In this document: in pieces, positions 1-6,626 of the stretch
Layout: each line of letters opens with the position of its first letter
Numbering within the stretch: the stretch's first letter is position 1
Virus record (IMG/VR): IMGVR_UViG_2706794665_000015
Direction: 5' to 3' (one strand)
Source of the DNA: a virus
Taxonomy: Duplodnaviria > Heunggongvirae > Uroviricota > Caudoviricetes
DNA: 15,331 bases
Program-made: the position numbers and the translations under genes
Notes under the pieces: generated by a model
What the model was told of the DNA's origin: nothing
The model's input: only the letters and a program-made list of their open reading frames with translations
Databases searched by the model: none

Positions 1-1131
1 TCAAATGACCAGTTTTTTCCACTCCTTACCGCGTACATCGTTGTAAATATCGGTCATTTTTTGATTCGAATGGCCTAGCAAAATTTTGGTATCAACCCCC
101 TGCTCTCTGAACAATCGCTCTGATAAAGATCTCTGCTCATGGAAAGAGGGTGGGGTGCCATTAGCACGCCAGTTGTAATCCACAGAATCCCGGGCTTTTT
201 TAAATGCAACGGTTAATGTTGCTGGCTTAACCATCCCGCCGCGCTTAGCTGTCCCTTTCGCGTGATGGTGGTGCAATAGCCACGGACTAAGAACGCAATC
301 GCGGCAGGATGACACTACATCATCCAGGGTGAGATTTAATTTATCGCAACGCAGAGCCAGAGGGATGGCAATCCGGGTTCCTGTTTTTTGCTGTTCGACA
401 TGAAGATAACCATCCCGGATATCCGAAAATTGCATTTTGCAAATATCTGAAAGGCGCTGGCCTGTCATCAGTGCCAGCAGCATACCGCGCTGTAAAAAGT
501 AACCATTCTTTTCCGCTGCGTTATAAATCATCATCCACTCATCAAAAGTCAGTCGCTGTCTTGATATCCGCACCTGCGGTTTTTTTGCCGATTCTGCAGG
601 GTTAAAGCCTGGCGGGACATCGCCCGTTTGCTGAGCTTCCCGGAAAACATCGATCAGTACTTTCCTGAAAATTTGTCCCATTCTGTTATGTCCTCTGGCC
701 TTGTACTCTTCCAGTACTGATACCACATCTTTTACGGTTATGGCATCTAACGGTCTGGTGCCAAAACGTTCATCAAATACCCTGAGAGGGGCCGCTTTCT
801 GTTTCAGCGTGTTGAGTTTGATCTCGCCGTTTTCATATCTTTCCTGTTGAATTTTTCTGTAATTATTCAGAAAAATGGTAACGGTTGATGAACCGCCGGT
901 ATCACTAATAATTTTCTCCTGCAGACTGAGCATTTGTTCCATTTGCTGCCGGGCAAGACGGCTGTTCGCTTCTGCTGCAATAGTTTCTGCCAGTTTCTGG
1001 TCAATACTGCCGAGACCGTGATTTTTGCCTGTTATGGGATGCCTGTAACGCCAGTAAACTTTGTTATTTCTTTTGTCAAAATACGGAGATAATCCCGGAA
1101 CATCGGTTTTATATTTTCGCGGGCGCGCCAT
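1..1131 (-). CDS. int: Phage tyrosine integrase (site-specific recombinase), complete; stop codon is the first three bases of the window
   Basis: 376-aa ORF; C-terminal region has the tyrosine-recombinase pattern (LGHSNQKMTDIYNDV with the catalytic Tyr context, upstream HHH...R cluster); sits at the prophage end next to an excisionase-like gene as in lambdoid int-xis modules. Confidence 0.9.
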   Translation of the reverse strand: MARPRKYKTDVPGLSPYFDKRNNKVYWRYRHPITGKNHGLGSIDQKLAETIAAEANSRLARQQMEQMLSLQEKIISDTGGSSTVTIFLNNYRKIQQERYENGEIKLNTLKQKAAPLRVFDERFGTRPLDAITVKDVVSVLEEYKARGHNRMGQIFRKVLIDVFREAQQTGDVPPGFNPAESAKKPQVRISRQRLTFDEWMMIYNAAEKNGYFLQRGMLLALMTGQRLSDICKMQFSDIRDGYLHVEQQKTGTRIAIPLALRCDKLNLTLDDVVSSCRDCVLSPWLLHHHHAKGTAKRGGMVKPATLTVAFKKARDSVDYNWRANGTPPSFHEQRSLSERLFREQGVDTKILLGHSNQKMTDIYNDVRGKEWKKLVI

Positions 1132-1357
1132 CTTCCAGTATCCTCTTCAAAGCAGGGTGATCTGTGGCGATCACCTCCGGCTTGTTTACCATTCCGACAA
1201 AGCGAGCTTGCGGATCCACTCGCCAGCGTCTTCCAACTTTTTTGGGGAGAGGAAATATCATTCCGGCTTTAGCGTATTTACTTAACGTACTCGGAGTAGG
1301 GACCGGTTCACTGAATTCCTCTTTTGCCCACTCAGTGAGCAGAATAAGTCTTGCCAT
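1109..1357 (-). CDS. xis: Excisionase (lambda Xis-like DNA-binding protein)
   Basis: 82-aa ORF immediately upstream of int, overlapping its start by 23 nt; the stretch LTEWAKEE...GMIFPLPKKVGRRWRV resembles the lambda Xis winged-helix region (LQEWNARQ...RIFPPPVKDGREY). Recalled similarity, not searched. Confidence 0.75.
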   Translation of the reverse strand: MARLILLTEWAKEEFSEPVPTPSTLSKYAKAGMIFPLPKKVGRRWRVDPQARFVGMVNKPEVIATDHPALKRILEDGAPAKI

Positions 1358-1421
1358 GAGCGTCGTTCGCTAATCATGGTCGCCGCCACTATAGCTGGTG
1401 GGCAACGACCGGGGTTGAACA

Positions 1422-3893
1422 TTAAAAATCAGCCTGATTTGGGATCAGTTTTTGCCAGATAGCTGAAACGTATTTTGCCTGGTAACGGGCGTCATCAAGT
1501 GCATTATGGCGCTCACCTTCGAATGGAATAGCCGTTCTGGCATCGAAGTCTATGGCTTTCCCCAGCTCAACGATTGTGCGTACATCGCGATCGTTGTAGT
1601 AACGCCACGGGCAGGGGATCCCCTGCCGTTCGTATGAACGGCGCAAAATCGTGTTGTCGAAGTTGGCTCCATTTCCCCAAACCTGAACAAAAAATTCACC
1701 GGAGTTTTCGTCGATAAATTCCCGCAATTGTAACAGTGCATCATCTAACGGGATTTCATCGGTCATAATGGCAGATTGCGCTTCGCGTGATTGCTTAAGC
1801 CACCATTTAATGGTGTCCCGATCAATGACTCCGCCAGCAGTTTCCAGATCGATAGTCTTACTAAATTCCGGTCCCATATCTCCGGTTTGCGGATCGAAAA
1901 ATATTGCACCTATTGAGATGATCGGGGCATCAGGATTTTTTCCCATGGTTTCAAGGTCGATCATTAGATGGTCACACGTCCTGCTGGTGGATGTGATTTC
2001 TTGATGACCGTTCACCTTAATTGAGTGATCTGCCGTCTCGCCAGTTTCATTATCGCTATCGTGATGCTGATTGCCGCCAGTGTTCTCCTTGTGTGGATGT
2101 TCAGCGCCTTCCATTTCCTCCGGATCATCTTCCTGAACTTCAGGCTGATACTCTTCATCGAATGTTTCCTGGTATGTTGCGTCGCCCATTACCGCGCCAC
2201 AATCAGGGCAGTTGCCGCCGCCGGTCTGACCGCAGGCGGTGCAGACTTTTTCCACTTCCTGTTGCGCCACTGATTCAGGCTGTTTCGTTTCTGGCTCGTT
2301 TTGTAACGCATTTGGGCTGTTTTGTTCCGCTTTCTGGTCGTTCTGTTCCGTTTCTTGCTGGTTCTGGTTCACAGAATCGCGGGTCTGGTTCCCCTTAACC
2401 CATTTCGGATCATTCGGGTCGCTAATCCCTTCAACAAATTCACCACGTGATACTGCAAGCAGTTCATCGGCGTCAGGCTGGCTGATATTGGCTGCCTGCA
2501 TAATTTTGTTTACTTCGTCAGCGGTAACTTTTACTGACCCTGGTTGTGCGGTCGTGTCAGATGCACCAGTATTTTGTTGTGAACCTGAGTATGTACCGTT
2601 TTTGCGGGCGAAATATTCTTCTTTCGTGATTTCAGTAGCCCCGGCAGACAGCGCCTTATCCAGACCAGAAAGTTTGTTTGCGCGACCGTATTTTTCGCCA
2701 TCCTTGTCGGTGAAGAGGAAGTAGAACGGCCCCTCACGTTCTACAGATGGTTCGACTTCCACTTTGCATTCGGTTTTTTCGTTGTCCGGAATTGCCGTTT
2801 CCACTGCATCAGTTTCTGGTACTGGCGACGAGAGAGTATCAGTTGCGCTCTGATTTGTTCCTTCATCTTCAAACACGCCCTTTGTAGTCAGGTATTCAGT
2901 AATGTATTTGTTCAGTGCCACAGGGTCTTTGTGAATGTCGATCGGACGTTCACGGACAAGGCCAAAAATAGTCTGGCGGTCGTAGCGAAGGGCATCAGGC
3001 TGTTTGCGCATTGATGCCGAGATACGCTTCCAGTCTTCGCGGTCGTTGTCGATAACTTCATTTTTTGCCCAGCGATGGATGCTGCCGTCAATGTTTCCGG
3101 CATCCACATCACCAGGCCAGAGAGCGTAGGCCAGTTCGTCATCCAGTGTTTTCCATGTCTGCTTGTATTCGCGATGAATGGCAGCAATGACCGGGTTGAT
3201 TTTTCCTGTTGAATTTTCAGTGTGCTGTTGATTGGCTCTGGCGCGGGCGAGATCAACAACAGACGTGTATTTTCCGGCTTCCTTGCGTTCACCTTCGCGA
3301 CGTTTTTTCCAGATGCGCATCTCTGCCTGAATTTCGGGCCATTTGGCACCAGGCTTACATTTATGCTTAACCCACCCGATGGCATGCAGCTTAAGCTCCG
3401 GATACATGGCGTTAACTTCTGGCATTTTCATCAACGCTTCAACGATATGTCCGTCGAATGTTGCCATGTCTTCCTGCAACAGTTCCTGCGCGCTAATCAC
3501 CATATCAACGGTGATGTTTTCACATGTGTCGAACTTAACCATGACAGCGTTCTGTACTTCAGGGGCCAGCTTGTCAAAAGTGACGTTCATCGGATCTGAT
3601 TCAGTCTCAACCGGGACAAAGGAAGCAGACGCCTCATCCCAGCGGTTTTCCTGCATATATTCAGCATCCCAGGAATCTAGGGCAGGGCGGGGTATACCGG
3701 GTTTATCCTCGCAGACAAGAAATTTATAAGCGCAGTCCTGAGCAGCCGGATAATGTTCCAGGAATTGCCAGTGAAATTTTGCGCGGGCGCGACGTTCATC
3801 ACCGGCTTCAATGGCAGTGGCTACAGCGACTGCACCTTCTTCCTTTATTGCCTGTTCGTCCGGAATGGCGGCGCAAATAAAGACTTTACTCAT
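1422..3893 (-). CDS. Prophage exonuclease, 823 aa: N-terminal domain of unknown function, acidic low-complexity linker with a Cys4 ribbon, C-terminal DEDDh (DnaQ-like) 3'-5' exonuclease domain
   Basis: Long ORF with GAGGT about 8 nt upstream of the ATG at 3893. C-terminal residues show Exo I (MIDLETMG) and Exo III (HNALDDARY) motifs of DEDDh exonucleases. Cys4 motif CTACGQTGGGNCPDCG is encoded near 2181-2250. Position between xis and dicB/ydfD matches the exonuclease slot of Qin-like prophages. Confidence 0.85.
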   Translation of the reverse strand: MSKVFICAAIPDEQAIKEEGAVAVATAIEAGDERRARAKFHWQFLEHYPAAQDCAYKFLVCEDKPGIPRPALDSWDAEYMQENRWDEASASFVPVETESDPMNVTFDKLAPEVQNAVMVKFDTCENITVDMVISAQELLQEDMATFDGHIVEALMKMPEVNAMYPELKLHAIGWVKHKCKPGAKWPEIQAEMRIWKKRREGERKEAGKYTSVVDLARARANQQHTENSTGKINPVIAAIHREYKQTWKTLDDELAYALWPGDVDAGNIDGSIHRWAKNEVIDNDREDWKRISASMRKQPDALRYDRQTIFGLVRERPIDIHKDPVALNKYITEYLTTKGVFEDEGTNQSATDTLSSPVPETDAVETAIPDNEKTECKVEVEPSVEREGPFYFLFTDKDGEKYGRANKLSGLDKALSAGATEITKEEYFARKNGTYSGSQQNTGASDTTAQPGSVKVTADEVNKIMQAANISQPDADELLAVSRGEFVEGISDPNDPKWVKGNQTRDSVNQNQQETEQNDQKAEQNSPNALQNEPETKQPESVAQQEVEKVCTACGQTGGGNCPDCGAVMGDATYQETFDEEYQPEVQEDDPEEMEGAEHPHKENTGGNQHHDSDNETGETADHSIKVNGHQEITSTSRTCDHLMIDLETMGKNPDAPIISIGAIFFDPQTGDMGPEFSKTIDLETAGGVIDRDTIKWWLKQSREAQSAIMTDEIPLDDALLQLREFIDENSGEFFVQVWGNGANFDNTILRRSYERQGIPCPWRYYNDRDVRTIVELGKAIDFDARTAIPFEGERHNALDDARYQAKYVSAIWQKLIPNQADF

Positions 3894-3985
3894 TTTGTTT
3901 TACCTCATTACAGATTTAAGGGTGAACAAATCCCTGCCATTGCTGGCATATAAGAATGAAACCGGATATTTATTACGGAACTGTT

Positions 3986-4177
3986 TTAAAGACCTGCCGG
4001 GATTTCGTTATTATCCTGGTGAATAACTTTATCGACCGGGTAACAGTTACCGGGAATTTTCTGTTCGGTTGCTGCAGTCACACACTCCTGCATTGTCCTG
4101 TGAACACTGACTGCAATATCAACTGGCTCTCCGGAAACAAGAAAAACTGTCAGAACAAGTGCAAATGCTGTATTCAT
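3986..4177 (-). CDS. ydfD: YdfD-like small lysis protein (63 aa, N-terminal signal/TM segment)
   Basis: Start chosen at the internal Met (MNTAFALVLTVFLVSG...) because AAGGA lies 8 nt upstream on the minus strand and its ATG overlaps the dicB stop (ATGA). Hydrophobic N-terminus; length and position downstream of dicB match my recollection of Qin YdfD. The ORF track's longer 81-aa version has no RBS. Confidence 0.65.
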   Translation of the reverse strand: MNTAFALVLTVFLVSGEPVDIAVSVHRTMQECVTAATEQKIPGNCYPVDKVIHQDNNEIPAGL

Positions 4178-4362
4178 TGTGCACATCCTTTTTGTATCGG
4201 ACGTAAACGGGCCAGCATTGAAAGAATGCATATTTTATTTAATAACTCCCGTTCGTGTTTTCTCTTGTTAATGGCATCTTCAGTAAATACAGGGTTACTG
4301 ATAGTGACACCAATTTCAAAACAACCTTCAGACGTATTAACGTTTGGTAATAACGTTTCCAT
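4174..4362 (-). CDS. dicB: DicB cell-division inhibitor (62 aa)
   Basis: Start at the internal Met of the 97-aa track ORF, preceded by GAGGA with a 7-nt spacer. The product METLLPNVNTSEGCFEIGVTISNPVFTEDAINKRKHERELLNKICILSMLARLRPIQKGCAQ closely matches my recollection of E. coli DicB and lies about 175 nt downstream of DicF, as in Qin. Confidence 0.75.
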   Translation of the reverse strand: METLLPNVNTSEGCFEIGVTISNPVFTEDAINKRKHERELLNKICILSMLARLRPIQKGCAQ

Positions 4363-4536
4363 TATCGCGTCCTCAACAATGAATTTTGTGATGCGGTGCC
4401 TGGTGCCTCCAGGTGACGTTAACCAGTTAACAATTAACGCCGGATACAGAGAATCCACCCATAACACTGTTTTTGGTTTTAACTGTTCCGCGTGCGCTGA
4501 GCCGCATTCACCGCATCACAAAATTCACTTTAAAAA

Positions 4537-4589
4537 GGGCGGCAGAGCAGTCACGGAGTAAAACTGATACCGCCAAACGTCACCAGAAA
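4537..4589 (-). ncRNA. dicF: DicF small regulatory RNA (53 nt; known to repress ftsZ and other mRNAs)
   Basis: Reverse complement of 4537-4589 is TTTCTGGTGACGTTTGGCGGTATCAGTTTTACTCCGTGACTGCTCTGCCGCCC, identical to the DicF sequence as I recall it, followed on the minus strand by TTTTT (plus 4532-4536). Confidence 0.85.
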
Positions 4590-4920
4590 ATTGATAACAG
4601 AGGGCGTTGCAGCGGGGTTGTCGCTTAAGCGTATGGTCAACCTGACAACCCGGTGTCCTCAACGGGGAAGGAATAACCCCGCCATACTTACCGCCGCGCC
4701 ATTTCGCGGAGTGCCACAACCGGAAGCGCACGGTCGAACTAAATTTAACGACACCGTACAGAGAGACCAATTTCGCCGTGCGCTTTCGCGTTATGCCCTG
4801 ACTTTTCAGGGACATATCCTTTCAGTAAACTGTCAGTGCCGGATGTTCACCCGTGTCCGGCGCACGCACTCCACCTGACCCGTGGAGAACTCCTTAATTA
4901 CCAACCCTCAGGAGGGTGAA

Positions 4921-5199
4921 ATGGATAAAAAGCAAATTGAGGCCCTGCAATCTATTATTGAAAAACAAGATGAAGCTATCAGGATTCTTTCATATCGCAC
5001 TGATATGATACTAAATATGCTTTCTGCATTAACGGCTGCGCTTGGTGGTACAAAAACAAACGTATACCGCGAAGTTGTTATTCAACAGATAGATAAATTT
5101 GAAAAAACCATACCAGGTATTAATGCTCATCTTGCAGAACAAGAGAAAGACCATGCTCTTATGGCAATTTCTTCAGTAGCTCTCCCGAAAGTTGAGTAG
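4921..5199 (+). CDS. Hypothetical 92-aa protein, predicted helical/coiled-coil, A+T-rich; encoded antisense to the surrounding leftward operon
   Basis: ATG at 4921 preceded by GGAGGG (4911-4916). Clean ORF with no competing minus-strand ORF across it. Visibly lower GC than flanks. Its 3' end overlaps the 3' end of the convergent 133-aa gene by 41 bp. Confidence 0.6.
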   Translation: MDKKQIEALQSIIEKQDEAIRILSYRTDMILNMLSALTAALGGTKTNVYREVVIQQIDKFEKTIPGINAHLAEQEKDHALMAISSVALPKVE

Positions 5200-5560
5200 T
5201 TTTAATTGTTGTTTTGAAATAATCACTGCTTTCACATTTGAGTGATTTCATGGCAATCCAAATGCGGGCCTCTGTGCCTGCATTTGGTTCCAGTTGCTGT
5301 AGACGTTTTGCGTCTTCCAAAAGTAAGGCGATAATGTGTTTCAGCTTCTCATCATTTGCTTGATTCTTGTTTTCAGGCGAATTCTGTCCGCCGAATAGGC
5401 GCTTCTCTTCATACAGACCTATAAAGGCACGACGCACGTTACCGGATATAGTATCGATGGTTTCTTTTTCTACGGTACTCAGGTCAAGAGTCGCCAGTTG
5501 AGAGCGAACCACATTCGATGCCATTTCCTGGAATGGTACTGGTAAATCTTTAAATTCCAT
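5159..5560 (-). CDS. Hypothetical protein (about 133 aa), second gene of the DicA-repressed leftward operon
   Basis: ORF track gives 5159..5572 (137 aa); I prefer the Met at 5560 because GAGG lies 6 nt upstream, whereas the 5572 ATG has no RBS but overlaps the upstream stop (TGATG). Occupies the position of ydfB/ydfC in Qin; identity not verifiable from memory. Confidence 0.55.
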   Translation of the reverse strand: MEFKDLPVPFQEMASNVVRSQLATLDLSTVEKETIDTISGNVRRAFIGLYEEKRLFGGQNSPENKNQANDEKLKHIIALLLEDAKRLQQLEPNAGTEARIWIAMKSLKCESSDYFKTTIKTTQLSGELLKKLP

Positions 5561-5571
5561 CGTCAACCTCA

Positions 5572-5724
5572 TCAGTCAGTGTTTCTGGTTAACCAGCGAC
5601 GCGCGCCAGCTTCAGTTTTAAACGTTTTGCTTCTGGTATACGTCATCGCGGTGAACGTACCGTCCTGGTTGGGGAACACGCCACATACCAGAGATTCGCT
5701 GTTGCCAAGATCGATAGTATCCAT
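5572..5724 (-). CDS. Small hypothetical protein (50 aa), first gene of the leftward early operon (YdfA-like position)
   Basis: The track ORF 5572..5829 starts at a TTG with no RBS, and its first 35 codons coincide with promoter and operator sequence. The first ATG (5724) is preceded by GAGGT with a 4-5 nt spacer. Confidence 0.5.
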   Translation of the reverse strand: MDTIDLGNSESLVCGVFPNQDGTFTAMTYTRSKTFKTEAGARRWLTRNTD

Positions 5725-5800
5725 GCTGACCTCATTACCCCTTAACGCCGGGTAGCGGAACTGTTTGCTGAGAACACCGTGCGGTGTCTTGATGGGTGGT

Positions 5801-5829
5801 AATTTAGTTTTCTCATGAATGTTGGTCAA
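5801..5829 (-). promoter_or_regulatory. Putative sigma70 promoter of the leftward early (dicB) operon: -35 TTGACC, 17-bp spacer, -10 TAAATT on the minus strand
   Basis: Minus-strand hexamers at plus 5829-5824 and 5806-5801, flanked and overlapped by two copies of the 14-bp operator motif; lies between the dicA stop and the first operon gene. Confidence 0.45.
5803..5816 (-). promoter_or_regulatory. Operator-like 14-bp palindromic motif copy (minus-strand ATGAGAAAACTAAA) overlapping the -10 of the leftward promoter
   Basis: 13/14 match to the motif at 6372-6385; inverted relative to the copy at 5839-5852. Confidence 0.45.
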
Positions 5830-5838
5830 GCATTTTTA

Positions 5839-5852
5839 ATGAGAAAACTCAA
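5839..5852 (+). promoter_or_regulatory. Operator-like 14-bp palindromic motif copy (ATGAGAAAACTCAA) just upstream of the -35 of the leftward promoter
   Basis: 13/14 identical to 6372-6385; internal dyad TGAG-AAAA-CTCA. Confidence 0.5.
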
Positions 5853-5867
5853 TATTTAATGCAAAAT

Positions 5868-5896
5868 AAAGCCAATACATTGAAATGTAAGGCTTT
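5868..5896 (-). terminator. Weak hairpin plus U-rich tract downstream of dicA (possible transcript end)
   Basis: AAAGCC…GGCTTT stem with a 17-nt loop, followed on the minus strand by ATTTTGCATT; large loop makes this uncertain. Confidence 0.25.
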
Positions 5897-5913
5897 AAAA
5901 TTTGTGAAGGGGG

Positions 5914-6321
5914 TTACTGATGTTTGTTACGTTTGCGAGCTTCTAGTAGCTCGGTGAATAGGCGATTAAAATTCTCAACGCGGGCACGGAGTTCGCTGAT
6001 TTGTGCTTGCTGCTCTGATTTTGGAAGTGCGCGATACAATCGCAACATCTCCAACTCATCTTCCGATAAGTCTAAGGCGCTGTTGAGTGCTACTGGTGGA
6101 TCTGGTGTTTTATCCTCGTCACCAAACAGTATCCAAGTTGGTGAACATTGCAATACCTCAGCCAGGCGATGCAAATTTTGCCCGCGCGGGGCTGTATGGT
6201 CGCTTTCCCATAGTGAAATTGATGAGCCAGATACGCCAGCGGCTTTGCTTAAATCGTTTTGACTTAAACCAACCTGTTTGCGTCTTTCTCTAATTCGTTG
6301 ACCTAAAGTTTTCTCGTTCAT
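5914..6321 (-). CDS. dicA: DicA-like prophage repressor (HTH XRE family, 135 aa, no peptidase domain)
   Basis: N-terminal HTH (QRIRERRKQVGLSQNDLSKAAGVSGSSISLWE) and overall similarity to E. coli DicA as recalled (…LQCSPTWILFGDEDK…RARVENFNRLFTELL); divergent from a Cro-like gene. Confidence 0.85.
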   Translation of the reverse strand: MNEKTLGQRIRERRKQVGLSQNDLSKAAGVSGSSISLWESDHTAPRGQNLHRLAEVLQCSPTWILFGDEDKTPDPPVALNSALDLSEDELEMLRLYRALPKSEQQAQISELRARVENFNRLFTELLEARKRNKHQ

Positions 6322-6342
6322 ATTTAGATATCTTAATAACCC

Positions 6343-6373
6343 TTGACTTGAGATTCCTTGAATGATTACTATT
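6343..6373 (+). promoter_or_regulatory. Putative rightward promoter for dicC/early-right operon: -35 TTGACT (6343-6348), weak -10 around 6366-6373
   Basis: Consensus-like -35 in the dicA-dicC intergenic region; the -10 candidates (TTACTA / TACTAT) are weak and abut the operator. Confidence 0.4.
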
Positions 6374-6385
6374 GAGAAAACTCAA
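6372..6385 (+). promoter_or_regulatory. Operator (perfect 14-bp palindrome TTGAGAAAACTCAA) at the rightward promoter
   Basis: Perfect dyad TTGAG-AAAA-CTCAA between the -10 region and the dicC RBS; two further copies occur at the leftward promoter. Confidence 0.55.
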
Positions 6386-6398
6386 CTTTGGAGGGGTG

Positions 6399-6626
6399 AT
6401 GTTTAAATCAGACGTAATTAATTTTTATGGGACGAAAGCCAAAGTAGCGAAAGCTGCTGGTGTTGATCCATCTGCTGTTTCTCAATGGGGGGAACTGGTT
6501 CCTGAAGGTCGCGCGATGCGCCTGCAAGAGGCATCCGGCGGGGAACTTCAGTACGACCCCAAAGTTTATGACGAATATCGTAAGGCAAAGCGGGCGGGGC
6601 GGTTGAACAATGAAAATCACCCCTGA
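6399..6626 (+). CDS. dicC: DicC-like (Cro analog) small regulator, 75 aa
   Basis: ATG at 6399 preceded by GGAGG (6390-6394); the track's TTG start at 6372 lies inside the operator. The product (…VPEGRAMRLQEASGGELQYDPKVYDEYRK…) matches my recollection of DicC; divergent from dicA. Confidence 0.75.
   Translation: MFKSDVINFYGTKAKVAKAAGVDPSAVSQWGELVPEGRAMRLQEASGGELQYDPKVYDEYRKAKRAGRLNNENHP

Noticed and set aside
1768-3729. Several plus-strand ORFs (78-161 aa) inside the exonuclease gene
   Set aside because: All are antisense to a long, well-supported CDS, lack RBSs and have low-complexity translations typical of shadow ORFs.
3956-4561. 201-aa plus-strand ORF spanning the ydfD/dicB region
   Set aside because: No RBS, Cys-rich low-complexity translation, and it runs antisense across two well-supported minus-strand genes and up to the DicF 3' end; most likely a chance open frame.
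4525-4815. 96-aa minus-strand ORF
   Set aside because: Its 3' part is the DicF sRNA itself (4537-4589); the translation is basic with no protein-like character and no RBS.
4591-4878. 95-aa plus-strand ORF (TTG start)
   Set aside because: Starts at a TTG immediately next to dicF on the opposite strand, has no RBS, and the translation is Arg-rich and GC-skew-like; probably untranslated leader or precursor sequence of the leftward transcript.
5218-5247. Inverted repeat AATCACT…AGTGATT as a possible convergent-transcription terminator
   Set aside because: Lies inside the 133-aa coding sequence, has a 13-nt loop and no U-tract on either strand.
5725-5829. N-terminal 35 codons of the 85-aa track ORF
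   Set aside because: Begins at a TTG that is actually a -35 hexamer (TTGACC) and reads through the operator copies; the real start is more likely the ATG at 5724, which has an RBS.
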